Source of the DNA: Candidatus Omnitrophus sp.
GTDB lineage: Bacteria > Omnitrophota > Gorgyraeia > Zapsychrales > Fredricksoniimonadaceae
Assembly (NCBI GenBank): GCA_020719005.1
Contig: DYQZ01000002.1
Coordinates: forward strand, 1-48,938
Direction: 5' to 3'
DNA: 48,938 bases
Positions 17,387 to 26,815 of this stretch are shown piece after piece (position 1 is the first letter of the stretch; the number at the start of each line of letters is the position of its first letter). Below the pieces are notes generated by a model. That model ran no database searches, was not told the DNA's origin, and saw nothing but the letters and a program-made list of their open reading frames with translations. The translations under genes were made by a program, and so were the position numbers.

Positions 17387-17865
17387 GACTTTATCTTCAC
17401 GATCTGCCCCTTGATGGCCGAGCCATTGATCTCAAGGATGCCGTATGACAAAAAAGGAGAACGGACAATATCCGTCGGACTTCCAGGATTGAACATGAGA
17501 ACACCGTCCATGACCTCATTCATCGGTTTATGCGAATGGCCGAATACGATCGCATTCAACTTTTCCTGTTTGAACACATCACATACTTTCTCAAGCAATT
17601 GATCGGGACCGCCCTCACCATGGAAAAGACCGATACGAACATCCCCGCATTTCACCACCAGATGTTTCGGCAAAATGCCTCTGAGATCCATTCCATCCAT
17701 ATTCCCGTACACTGCAAAAACTTCTTTTTCCTTCTTCAAACGGTTCAGGATATCGATATCCGTAAAATCCCCGACATGAAAGATCCTATCCACATTCTTG
17801 ATCTCGCTTAACACCGCTTTGGGAAGCTCATCAGAATGAGTATCAGAGAGGACCAATATTCTCAT
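17383..17865 (-). CDS. YfcE/MJ0936-family metallophosphoesterase
   Basis: MRILVLSDTHS, HVGDF, GNMD and FGHSH motifs. 160 aa. Confidence 0.85.
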   Translation of the reverse strand: MRILVLSDTHSDELPKAVLSEIKNVDRIFHVGDFTDIDILNRLKKEKEVFAVYGNMDGMDLRGILPKHLVVKCGDVRIGLFHGEGGPDQLLEKVCDVFKQEKLNAIVFGHSHKPMNEVMDGVLMFNPGSPTDIVRSPFLSYGILEINGSAIKGQIVKIKS

Positions 17866-19484
17866 GGCATCACGTAGGGTTTATCAAACAAATTCATCAA
17901 CGTATTAAGCTCCTGCTCATTCCATATCCACATTTCTTCTTCAAGCGCTTTAAGGCGTGTACTAGCATCAAGCTCACTTAAGGAAACGATCACACAACGT
18001 TTTGGTTTAAGACCCATTTTCTTTGCTTCATCCGTAAAAGCATTTATATCCGCCTCCGCCAAGGGGTCTTTCCGCAATACTAAAAGCCATGGGCCATCCT
18101 CGGTCTCCGCTGAAATAACATCAAAAGAACTCCCGCCGTGATGACGCATCTTAAGCGAGCGCATCCCCTTCAATAAAGGGATCCTGTATTTACGCCCGCG
18201 CAAACTAAGCTGGTCATTCTCAAAATGACCGAGAACCTCAATGATCCGGCTCGGAAGATCCTGACGGACGCTAACCTGAAAATCAGAGATCGCTCGGTTC
18301 GCCTCTTCTTTCAATTCCTTACGCTCGCGCGTCGGCTCCATATCAACCGCCTTCAGCCTGCGCTGAAGAACATACTTCAACCAATAGCGGAACAATTTAT
18401 CTTTGATATAAAAGAACGTGCCATTCTTTTCAACAATATCTTCATCGATCAGGAATGCCAAACGCTGTGTCAAATGGCTTTTGCCACAGCCAATATCTGT
18501 CAGGAATTCATTGCTCTTGTGACGGCCATTGGCCAATGACAACAAGAGCCCCGTCGTCAATCGGTTCGTCTTTCCTGTACACAAATGACTGACAATGAGT
18601 TCAAAATGGCGGCTCAAGGCCCCCCAACGACTGAAAATAAGATTTTCGATCGATTGCACCACGAGCGGCGCATACACTTCCGGCTGTTTATAGATCGCAC
18701 TCAAATTGATCAGCTCTGCAGTCATAAGGTCCAGATACAGCGGACGTCCACCTGTAAAATCCGATAGGAAATTACGTAATTGAAGCCCCATCCTGATCTC
18801 GCCTAGACGGCAACTGATGAACTCATGCGCACCCTTAAGATCCAAAGGCTCTACATCTACCATCTCAAAATTGCCGAATAAAAGTGTTAATTTCTCAGCA
18901 AGGATCTTCTTAGCACGCTCTTCAAAAGAACTGGTCAGAATATATAAACACTGTTTCTGAGTCGTGATCCGGTCTGCCAGCTTCTTGAACGCATCAGGGA
19001 CCCCGAACTCATCGATCTGATGGAATTCATCATAAACCATGACACAGGCAAGCCCTGTTTCCAAAGAAAACACGTCGGGTAGACGAAGAAGGGCATCAAA
19101 CGCTTCAACCAGACGTCCTTTACTCATCGCAGATGATATGGCATCTGCCGCAGACACAGTCAACGGAATAAGCGGACGCGCCGTCTCAGCCATCAATGTA
19201 AAATCCTCGGTGAAGGCGCTCCCCTTTTGTTTCAAGAATTGATAGATCAAGCTGCGAATGGTCTTGGAAACCATATAATCAAGGTCACGGCTTTCAAGAT
19301 CAAGATACACAGCGACGATGGCATGATCATCCATGTCAGACAAGAACTTCTGCAGGATCGCGCTTTTCCCAATATGCTGACTGCCGATAAGACACAGGTT
19401 CTGCCGGTAGCCTTCCTTAAGGTCAGCAACGCGCTTCTTTACCAAATCCAGGATCTGTTTTCTTCCGCAGAAGGAACTATACAT
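17862..19484 (-). CDS. AAA ATPase (archaeal-ATPase/DUF234-like) with wHTH and a C-terminal PD-(D/E)xK-like domain
   Basis: FCGRKQIL start. Walker A GSQHIGKS and Walker B VMVYDEFH. wHTH-like LTQRLAFLIDEDIVEK...FRYWL. C-terminal FDVISAETEDGPWLLVLRK. Confidence 0.6.
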   Translation of the reverse strand: MYSSFCGRKQILDLVKKRVADLKEGYRQNLCLIGSQHIGKSAILQKFLSDMDDHAIVAVYLDLESRDLDYMVSKTIRSLIYQFLKQKGSAFTEDFTLMAETARPLIPLTVSAADAISSAMSKGRLVEAFDALLRLPDVFSLETGLACVMVYDEFHQIDEFGVPDAFKKLADRITTQKQCLYILTSSFEERAKKILAEKLTLLFGNFEMVDVEPLDLKGAHEFISCRLGEIRMGLQLRNFLSDFTGGRPLYLDLMTAELINLSAIYKQPEVYAPLVVQSIENLIFSRWGALSRHFELIVSHLCTGKTNRLTTGLLLSLANGRHKSNEFLTDIGCGKSHLTQRLAFLIDEDIVEKNGTFFYIKDKLFRYWLKYVLQRRLKAVDMEPTRERKELKEEANRAISDFQVSVRQDLPSRIIEVLGHFENDQLSLRGRKYRIPLLKGMRSLKMRHHGGSSFDVISAETEDGPWLLVLRKDPLAEADINAFTDEAKKMGLKPKRCVIVSLSELDASTRLKALEEEMWIWNEQELNTLMNLFDKPYVMP

Positions 19485-19492
19485 ATATTCTC

Positions 19493-20185
19493 TTATGGCA
19501 AATAATGGAGCGGATTTTCCGCCCGATCGCCTTTTCGTATCTCAAAATGTTCATACACCTGACCGCTCTTACCAAAAGCCTGCGCGATCTTCGCCCCTTT
19601 TTGAACATAATCCCCGAGCTTGACCAACAAACGTTCGTTATGTCCATACACCGAGAAGATACCATCGGAATGATCTAGGATCAGGGCATACCCATAACCT
19701 GAGAGGCGGTCTGCCATCACAACACGACCACTACGCGCCGCCTTGATCACATTGTCATCGCTGACTTTGATATCTATCCCGCTGTTATGAGCTGCTCCTT
19801 TGCGGTCCCCGAAATACGAAACAACACGCCCCTCGACGGGCCATATGAATTCCGTATCACTATCGATCATTGTTGTCGTCGGAAGAGCGATCTTCTGCAC
19901 AGCATCAACGCCGGGAATAAGCAAGAGCTGATCCTGTTCAATGGAGGCGACATTCGGAATGTTATTGGCACGTGTTATATCGTCGACGGAGACTTGATAG
20001 GTCTTAGCGATACGCCAAAGCGTTTCACCTTTACTGACCTTGTGATAGACCCCTTTAGGTTTATCAAGCGGTCTTTTTTCTGTTGAAGATGTATCTGGAT
20101 GTCGAGGAACGGTCGCGCATCCGGCAGAAAACACCAGAAGCAGGACAAGAGAGATATGAAAAACTGGCTTTAACAAAGACGTCAT
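19493..20185 (-). CDS. LysM domain / M23 peptidase lipoprotein (NlpD-like)
   Basis: Lipobox VFSAGC. LysM (YHKVSKGETLWRIAKTYQVSVDDITRANNI). M23 core (HNSGIDIK...GYGYALILDH...SVYGHN). Confidence 0.88.
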   Translation of the reverse strand: MTSLLKPVFHISLVLLLVFSAGCATVPRHPDTSSTEKRPLDKPKGVYHKVSKGETLWRIAKTYQVSVDDITRANNIPNVASIEQDQLLLIPGVDAVQKIALPTTTMIDSDTEFIWPVEGRVVSYFGDRKGAAHNSGIDIKVSDDNVIKAARSGRVVMADRLSGYGYALILDHSDGIFSVYGHNERLLVKLGDYVQKGAKIAQAFGKSGQVYEHFEIRKGDRAENPLHYLP

Positions 20186-20194
20186 GTATATATA

Positions 20195-20268
20195 TGGAGC
20201 GAGAGGCGGGAATCGAACCCGCGTGACTAGCTTGGGAAGCTAGGATTCTGCCACTGAACTACTCTCGC
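20195..20268 (-). tRNA. tRNA-Gly (anticodon CCC), CCA encoded
   Basis: The reverse complement GCGAGAGTAGTTCAGTGGCAGAATCCTAGCTTCCCAAGCTAGTCACGCGGGTTCGATTCCCGCCTCTCGCTCCA folds as a cloverleaf. It has a 7-bp acceptor stem, anticodon loop TTCCCAA, GTTCGATTC T-loop, and discriminator U. Confidence 0.92.
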
Positions 20269-20276
20269 TTTGACTA

Positions 20277-20948
20277 TCAGGTTTTCCGTCGAGAACTACA
20301 GCGCCAAAAACTTTTTTGTTCTATGGCGCTTCTAAGTTCGCCAACAGCCCCGACGGCATTTCCGTCGAGAAGAATATCGCGGCACACGGCAACCCGCCGG
20401 GCACCCCGTGCTGTCACGATGGCCATGTTCTTTCGTGTGATACCGCCAATAACAAACAGCGGGACACGCGCCATACGAACAGCTTTTTCCAACAGCCCGA
20501 GATCCATGGGCTTTCTGCCAGGTTTGGTCTGCGTCGCAAAGACCGAACCAAAACCGACATAATCCGCGCCTTCCCCTTCGGCACGGCGTAAATGCTGCAG
20601 CGTTTGACATGAACGGCCGATGATCATGCCGTTACCGAGGATCTTTCGCGCATCTTCGGCTGAAAGATCATCCTGCCCCAGGTGAACGCCATCAGCGCCG
20701 CACAAAAAGGCAATATCAACGCGATCATTAACAATGAACAAAGTTTCTTTTCCTGCGATCTTCCTGATCATCCGGGCATATCGCAGTATTTCATGCGCCT
20801 TACCCGTCTTATCACGAAGCTGAACAATATCTACACCAGCCTGAACAGCCTTTTTCGTTACAGCCAAAAGGTCCTTATACTTCAAGACTTGCGCATCTAA
20901 AATAAGATAGAGCCTACAGCCGGCTAAACGCTTCTTTTTCAAGATCAT
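20277..20948 (-). CDS. thiE: Thiamine-phosphate synthase
   Basis: RLYLILD, VQLRDK, and GADGVHLGQDD...GADYVGFGSVFATQTKP motifs. Confidence 0.9.
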   Translation of the reverse strand: MILKKKRLAGCRLYLILDAQVLKYKDLLAVTKKAVQAGVDIVQLRDKTGKAHEILRYARMIRKIAGKETLFIVNDRVDIAFLCGADGVHLGQDDLSAEDARKILGNGMIIGRSCQTLQHLRRAEGEGADYVGFGSVFATQTKPGRKPMDLGLLEKAVRMARVPLFVIGGITRKNMAIVTARGARRVAVCRDILLDGNAVGAVGELRSAIEQKSFWRCSSRRKT

Positions 20949-21330
20949 AGACCGTATAACGCAAACGCTTTAAACGTTCAGCGCTTTTAATGTTCACCAG
21001 TTTAGTGCATTCTTCCAAAACTCTCAAGGATTCTTTCGCACGCTGACTATTTGCGTAGAAAATCGACTTAATATCTGCTCTCTTGGACTCTGAACCGATC
21101 GTTTTCCGGCCAATATCTCCGGCGACATCACGCGCTTTGAGCAGTTCTTCTTTCCCAAGAACAACAAGCACTTCATTCAACCCATGACGCACCCTTTTAT
21201 AACCCGCAGTAAGCTTGGGCGCGTCCATCACGAACCGTGTTACATCCTCACATACCCTGAGCGCTTCTTTCGCCCTGTTGAAATTCGCATCAAGCACGCG
21301 CCATAACGCTTTTGTGCTGATCTTTAACAT
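20914..21330 (-). CDS. ThiD2-like domain protein (homologous to the N-terminal extension of long ThiE proteins)
   Basis: RVLDANFNRAKEALRVCEDVTRF and SQRAKESLRVLEECTK repeats resemble, from memory, the N-terminal domain fused to ThiE in other lineages. Overlaps thiE by 35 nt. Confidence 0.5.
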   Translation of the reverse strand: MLKISTKALWRVLDANFNRAKEALRVCEDVTRFVMDAPKLTAGYKRVRHGLNEVLVVLGKEELLKARDVAGDIGRKTIGSESKRADIKSIFYANSQRAKESLRVLEECTKLVNIKSAERLKRLRYTVYDLEKEAFSRL

Positions 21331-21821
21331 ATCCGTCTTATCTTTTCAACAATGTTAGTCGTTGAAAGACCGTCAATATACTTGATGAATTCAACCTTAC
21401 CACCATTCGCTTTCACCACATCAGCCCCCGCCACTTCCTTACCCTTCCAGTCCGCGCCTTTAATGAGAACGTCCGGCACCAAGGTCTTGATCAACTTATA
21501 TGGCGTTGATCCATTGAAAATAACAACATGGTCAACACATGCCAGCGCCGCCAAAAGCAATGCCCGTTCCCGCTGAGGCACGATCGGTCGCTCTTTGCCC
21601 TTATCCAATGAACGCACAGAAGCATCGCTATTAAGCCCGATCACCAAGACCCGCGTATCGTTCTTTTTGGCAGACTCCAGATAACTGACATGCCCCCAAT
21701 GCAAAATATCAAAACACCCATTCGTAAAAACAATGGTCTTTTTCTGACGACGATATACTGTCAATTTCTTTCTCAATGAACCGGCAGAGATGACCTTGGA
21801 AACACTCTTTTTCATACCCAA
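21324..21821 (-). CDS. hldC: D-glycero-beta-D-manno-heptose 1-phosphate adenylyltransferase (RfaE domain II type)
   Basis: Cytidylyltransferase motif TNGCFDILHWGH. About 165 aa. Adjacent to gmhA. Confidence 0.85.
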   Translation of the reverse strand: MGMKKSVSKVISAGSLRKKLTVYRRQKKTIVFTNGCFDILHWGHVSYLESAKKNDTRVLVIGLNSDASVRSLDKGKERPIVPQRERALLLAALACVDHVVIFNGSTPYKLIKTLVPDVLIKGADWKGKEVAGADVVKANGGKVEFIKYIDGLSTTNIVEKIRRIC

Positions 21822-21830
21822 AGCCTTATC

Positions 21831-22400
21831 TTATTTAACGAACGCATTCTCCACGACCTCACAGATCGCGTGGAAGAAAGTAATGTGGGCTTCCTGGATA
21901 CGGGCAGTGACCTTAGAAGGAATGACAACCGCTATATCCGCCATGGTCGCCATAGCACCACCATCGTTGCCTGTAAAAGCAATGGTCAGTATCCCCATTT
22001 CTTTGGCCCGCTCGAACGCCTTGATCACGTTCGGCGACTTGCCGCTTGTCGAAATACCAATAAGGACATCCCCCGCACGGCCTAACGCCTCGATCTGACG
22101 GGAAAACACAATATCATAACTATAATCATTGGTAAGACAGGTAAGAATGGACGAGTCTGTTGTAAGCGCAATGGCAGGAAGAGCTTTGCGCTCTTTCTGA
22201 AAACGGCCAATGAACTCAGCGGCAATATGCTGACTATCTGCCGCAGAACCGCCGTTACCGCACAAGAAAACACGATTGTTACTTTTGAATGCCTTGATGA
22301 GCGCCTCTGCCGTGCGTTCAACGGAAGGCATATTCACCAAGAGGGCCGCCTGCTTGACCTCAATGGACTCAAGAACAACCGAACGGATACGTTCTTTCAT
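21831..22400 (-). CDS. gmhA: D-sedoheptulose 7-phosphate isomerase (SIS domain)
   Basis: CGNGGSAADSQHIAAEF and ISTSGKSPNV motifs. 189 aa. Confidence 0.9.
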   Translation of the reverse strand: MKERIRSVVLESIEVKQAALLVNMPSVERTAEALIKAFKSNNRVFLCGNGGSAADSQHIAAEFIGRFQKERKALPAIALTTDSSILTCLTNDYSYDIVFSRQIEALGRAGDVLIGISTSGKSPNVIKAFERAKEMGILTIAFTGNDGGAMATMADIAVVIPSKVTARIQEAHITFFHAICEVVENAFVK

Positions 22401-22403
22401 TTA

Positions 22404-23423
22404 TTACCCCGCACAAAAAACTTTAGCTATCTCAAACAGCTCAGCATCAACCTTCTTGCGCTGTTTGACCGCTTCTTCAATATCACAGAACTTGATGTGA
22501 TTGTTCTGATAGCTGACCATTTTCCCGAATTTACCTTCCTGAACAAGTTCAACCGCCTTCACACCAAAACGTGTGCCAAGGATACGATCAAATGCCGTCG
22601 GAGATCCACCACGCTGAATATAGCCCAACACGCTTACACGAGTTTCATACCCGGTCATATCCTCGATCGCTTTAGCCAAACGCTCACCCACACTGCTAAA
22701 CCGGCGCTTTTCCATCCCTTCAGGATAATAACTCATTGTATCGATCTCAGCACCTTCTGAAACAACCACGATGGAGAACGATTTTCCGCGACGATGGCGA
22801 TTCTTGATGGCATCACACACTTTGTTCAATTCAATTTTATATTCAGGAATAAGAATAACGTCAGCGCCGCCGGCCATACCAGACTCCACCGCGATCCATC
22901 CAGTATATTGCCCCATGACCTCAATGACCATGATGCGATGATTCGCTTCAGCCGTTGTATGCAAACGGTCGATCTGCTCGGTCGCGATCTGGACTGCCGT
23001 ATCAAAACCGAACGCATAATCTGTACCTGAAAGAGCGTTATCGATCGATTTCGGAATACCAACGACCTTGATGCTGTCTTTCTTGTAAAGTTCAAGCGCG
23101 ATCGACAACGTCACTTCACCGCCGACAGCAATGAGCGCGTCCATACCGTTACGCTTATAATTATCACGGATCTTTTCAACATGTTCCGGGTTGTCCAGCG
23201 GATTAAGACGGCTGGTACCGAGAATGGTACCGCCTCGGTCCAAAATACCGGAAACGGCACGTGTATCCAGGATACGGGTATCGTTATCGATCAACCCCTG
23301 CCACCCGTTCTTGATACCGGTAATGACATAGCCTTCCTGCATGCCTTTATAGACGACCGCACGAATGACCGCGTTAAGGCCTGGGCAATCCGCACCACCT
23401 GTTAATATGCCGATCTTTTTCAT
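22404..23423 (-). CDS. pfkA: 6-phosphofructokinase
   Basis: GILTGGADCPGLNAVIRAVV, GIPKSIDNA, and GYIQRGG motifs. Confidence 0.9.
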   Translation of the reverse strand: MKKIGILTGGADCPGLNAVIRAVVYKGMQEGYVITGIKNGWQGLIDNDTRILDTRAVSGILDRGGTILGTSRLNPLDNPEHVEKIRDNYKRNGMDALIAVGGEVTLSIALELYKKDSIKVVGIPKSIDNALSGTDYAFGFDTAVQIATEQIDRLHTTAEANHRIMVIEVMGQYTGWIAVESGMAGGADVILIPEYKIELNKVCDAIKNRHRRGKSFSIVVVSEGAEIDTMSYYPEGMEKRRFSSVGERLAKAIEDMTGYETRVSVLGYIQRGGSPTAFDRILGTRFGVKAVELVQEGKFGKMVSYQNNHIKFCDIEEAVKQRKKVDAELFEIAKVFCAG

Positions 23424-23428
23424 AGGTA

Positions 23429-24040
23429 TTACGCTCTGTATCCACGGAACGGAACATGAGAAACCGCTTCATCTTCCAAATTTCCGATATCATTTTTATC
23501 AGACTTGAGCGAATCGGCAGAGATCTTGATGACATGAACACGGATGTTCACGCGCTCTTCCGCACCAATGACATCCTGGATCTTTCGTCTGATCACTTCC
23601 TGAAGATCCGCGGTCAGGTCAGGGATATTAGCATCTGAACGTAACACAAGACGGATATCAACATCAAGACCTTTCTTGGTGGAGGTGATGTTAGGACGGA
23701 TCTCTTTGATCTGCGGTGTCTTTAGAACAAGACGGCGGATCAGATCTTCAAGTGCCGACATCGAGATCGTGACACGACCGAGCGGATTATTGAAAGAAAT
23801 GATACGCTCTTTTTCCTGACGACCATAAATGATACGCGCAAAGGCAAGCGACAATAACAACGTCATGGATACGACCACCCCTGCGATGGTACCCGCATGA
23901 GGATCAAGATAGACGAACGACAAGAAATCATGATAGATCCTAAGATCAATGAGATGCGCCAAAAGAAGAAGCCCAGAGACCCCGACGATCGTAATAACAA
24001 GGATATAAAAAAAGATCGCGATCCGGATAAAAAGACGCAT
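23429..24040 (-). CDS. AmaP-like alkaline shock response membrane anchor protein
   Basis: Two N-terminal TM segments and an Asp23-like soluble part. Sits immediately downstream of an Asp23 gene, as in amaP-asp23 loci. Confidence 0.55.
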   Translation of the reverse strand: MRLFIRIAIFFYILVITIVGVSGLLLLAHLIDLRIYHDFLSFVYLDPHAGTIAGVVVSMTLLLSLAFARIIYGRQEKERIISFNNPLGRVTISMSALEDLIRRLVLKTPQIKEIRPNITSTKKGLDVDIRLVLRSDANIPDLTADLQEVIRRKIQDVIGAEERVNIRVHVIKISADSLKSDKNDIGNLEDEAVSHVPFRGYRA

Positions 24041-24043
24041 ATA

Positions 24044-24394
24044 TTATTCCCTTTCTATACCTTGGATACTAACATCAACATCTTTAAGATTAATATCGGT
24101 CATTTTCTCGATAGCAGTCATAACCACATCCTGAACACGGCGGGAAATATCAGAAAGGTTCATTCCGTAGCGCACCACCACTTTGATGATCACGCTCACC
24201 TGGGCATTCGCATCGAGCACAACCTCGACCGACGAATTAAAACGCACTCCCCAGAAACCAAGAAACCCTTCAAGGGTCTTATTGCGCGCAAGCGTAATGC
24301 CCTCGACCTCGAGTGCCGCGACGGCACAAATATCAGCGATCACACGCTTATGGACCTGAACGATCCCCAGATTAACCTTAGCATCCGCTCGCAT
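24044..24394 (-). CDS. Asp23/Gls24 family envelope stress protein
   Basis: 116 aa. VIADICAVAALEVEGI and VNVSIQGIE-type C-terminus typical of Asp23. Confidence 0.8.
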   Translation of the reverse strand: MRADAKVNLGIVQVHKRVIADICAVAALEVEGITLARNKTLEGFLGFWGVRFNSSVEVVLDANAQVSVIIKVVVRYGMNLSDISRRVQDVVMTAIEKMTDINLKDVDVSIQGIERE

Positions 24395-24403
24395 GAGGCC
24401 TCC

Positions 24404-25753
24404 TTACTGATCTTTTTTGGCCATCTTCTCAATGAAATGCGTTGAAATATTCCCGCGTACAAAGTCCGGATGATTCATGATCTGAACTTGCAATGAGATC
24501 GTTGTCTTGATCGGAGAAATATAGAACTCATCGAGCGCACGGCGCATGATCTTGATCGCCTCGGCACGGTCACGTCCATGAACGATCAGCTTGGCGACCA
24601 TGGAATCATAATAAGGGCTGATCTTATATCCTGAATAAATATGCGTGTCCACTCTCACGCCGGGACCGCCGGGAAGATTCAATTGTTCGATCTTTCCAGG
24701 GCACGGGATAAAATTATTATTTGGATCTTCTGCATTAATACGGCACTCGATCGAATGTCCGGATAATTTTACATCCTCCTGCTTCAACTTCAACTTTTCA
24801 CCGCAGGCAACACGGATCTGTTCTTTGATCAGATCCATCCCTGTCACAAGCTCGGTCACAGGATGTTCGACCTGGATACGCGTGTTCATTTCCATGAAGA
24901 AAAACTCCCCGCTCTTATCAAGCAAGAATTCCACGGTCCCCACGCCGCGATAATTCGCAGCCTTGGCGCACTTAACAGCCGCCTCACCCATCTTCTTACG
25001 CAACTTCTCACTGAGCGCAGGCGAAGGAGATTCCTCAACAAGCTTCTGATGACGACGTTGCACGGAACAATCGCGCTCGCCTAAATGAATAATATTACCG
25101 TGACAATCTGCGAGGATCTGAAACTCGATATGACGAGGATCCTGAATGTATTTCTCAATATAAACATCTGGATTCTTGAAATTCGCTTCGGCTTCAGCTT
25201 GTGCGAGCTTCAAAGAACTGAGCAGGGTTACATCATTATGGCAAATACGCATCCCTTTGCCGCCGCCGCCCGCCGTCGCCTTGATAATAACAGGATATTT
25301 GATCTCCTTGGCAATAGCCAAAGCCTCTTCGTTCGTCTTAACGATCCCTTTCCCACCGGGCGTCTGCGGAACACCCGCTTTACGCGCAGTATCCTTGGCC
25401 GTGATCTTGTCGCCCATCATGCGGATCGTTTGGGGCGTCGGACCAATGAACTGGATCTTGCACGATTCGCATATTTCCGCGAAATGCGCATTCTCCGACA
25501 AGAAACCATAACCCGGATGGATCGCTTCCACATCCGTGATCTCAGCCGCAGAAATGATCGCCGGGATATTCAAATAACTTTCCGCACTGGAAGCTTTTCC
25601 GATACATACAGCTTCATCAGCAAAACGCACATGAAGGGATTCCCTGTCCGCTTCTGAATAAACAGCGACGGTTGAAATACCCAATTCTTTGCACGCACGG
25701 ATAATACGAAGTGCTATCTCGCCTCGATTGGCGATCAGGATCTTAGAGAACAT
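24404..25753 (-). CDS. accC: Acetyl-CoA carboxylase, biotin carboxylase subunit
   Basis: [34 protein letters not shown], and [14 protein letters not shown] motifs. Confidence 0.97.
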   Translation of the reverse strand: MFSKILIANRGEIALRIIRACKELGISTVAVYSEADRESLHVRFADEAVCIGKASSAESYLNIPAIISAAEITDVEAIHPGYGFLSENAHFAEICESCKIQFIGPTPQTIRMMGDKITAKDTARKAGVPQTPGGKGIVKTNEEALAIAKEIKYPVIIKATAGGGGKGMRICHNDVTLLSSLKLAQAEAEANFKNPDVYIEKYIQDPRHIEFQILADCHGNIIHLGERDCSVQRRHQKLVEESPSPALSEKLRKKMGEAAVKCAKAANYRGVGTVEFLLDKSGEFFFMEMNTRIQVEHPVTELVTGMDLIKEQIRVACGEKLKLKQEDVKLSGHSIECRINAEDPNNNFIPCPGKIEQLNLPGGPGVRVDTHIYSGYKISPYYDSMVAKLIVHGRDRAEAIKIMRRALDEFYISPIKTTISLQVQIMNHPDFVRGNISTHFIEKMAKKDQ

Positions 25754-25775
25754 AATAGTAAAGACCGTTTAAAGG

Positions 25776-26252
25776 TTATTTTGCTGGATCAACACGAAAG
25801 AGGACCTGACCGAACTCAACAGGCTCGCCGTTATCAACACAGATCTCGACCACTTTACCGCGCACTTCGCTCTTGATCTCATTCATGAGCTTCATGGCTT
25901 CAATAATACAAACGACCTGGCCGACCTCCACCATATGCCCGATCTCAATGAAAGGGGCAGCTTCCGGTGAGGATGCGCGATAGAACGTCCCGACCATCGG
26001 AGACTTCACTTCTTTTAAATGATCTTTAGATGCCTCGACAGGTTTCGCGGCCACGGCAACAGCTGACGCTTCTGCCACAGGTCTTGAAACAGCCGGAATA
26101 GAGGGAACAGCATACGAAACAGGCTGCATTGAAAGCGTATTATCCGCCGCCTTCTTCAGCTTGATCTTCATGCCATCACGCTCGACCTCAAGCTCTGCAA
26201 GACCGTTCTCGTTCATCAAGTCTACCATTTCTTTCAACTCTTTGAAGTTCAT
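25776..26252 (-). CDS. accB: Biotin carboxyl carrier protein
   Basis: EAMKLMNEI biotinylation motif, a Pro/Ala linker, and position upstream of accC. Confidence 0.93.
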   Translation of the reverse strand: MNFKELKEMVDLMNENGLAELEVERDGMKIKLKKAADNTLSMQPVSYAVPSIPAVSRPVAEASAVAVAAKPVEASKDHLKEVKSPMVGTFYRASSPEAAPFIEIGHMVEVGQVVCIIEAMKLMNEIKSEVRGKVVEICVDNGEPVEFGQVLFRVDPAK

Positions 26253-26815
26253 TATTTTGCCCTTTCGACGTATGTTCCGTCTCTTGTATCGATCTTGATC
26301 TTATCATCAACATTGATAAAAAGAGGAACAAGGATAGTAGCGCCGGTCTCGATCTTAGCAGGCTTCGTACTTGACTTGGACGAATCCCCTTTAAGACCCG
26401 GCTCTGTTTCCGTGATCTTCGTTACAATAAAATTCGGCAATTCGAGTTTTAGAACTTTCTCGTTATGGACTTTTCCGTAGATCTCCATATTATCAAGAAG
26501 GAAATCCACAATATCTGCTACTTTTTCTTTCTGGATCAAATGTTCTTCAAACGTGACCTGATCCATAAAATGATACTCATCCCCGGTATTATAAAGATAC
26601 TGCATCTTGCGCTCTTCGAGATCAACCTCATCAAGCGTTTCCGCAGAACGATAGGTGCGCTCGATCACATTGTTCGTGCGAAGACTTTTCATCTTAAGAC
26701 GAACGAAAGCACTGCCCTTCGCAGGCTTTACGTGATTGAAATCAACAATCGTGCAGATATCGCCCTCGATATTCAACGCCAAACCCTTACTCACTTCTGT
26801 GATCGCTATCCCCAC
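26252..26815 (-). CDS. efp: Elongation factor P
   Basis: 187 aa. [10 protein letters not shown]...VKPAKGSAFVRLKMKS (the loop with the modified Lys). GTG start. Confidence 0.93.
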   Translation of the reverse strand: MGIAITEVSKGLALNIEGDICTIVDFNHVKPAKGSAFVRLKMKSLRTNNVIERTYRSAETLDEVDLEERKMQYLYNTGDEYHFMDQVTFEEHLIQKEKVADIVDFLLDNMEIYGKVHNEKVLKLELPNFIVTKITETEPGLKGDSSKSSTKPAKIETGATILVPLFINVDDKIKIDTRDGTYVERAK

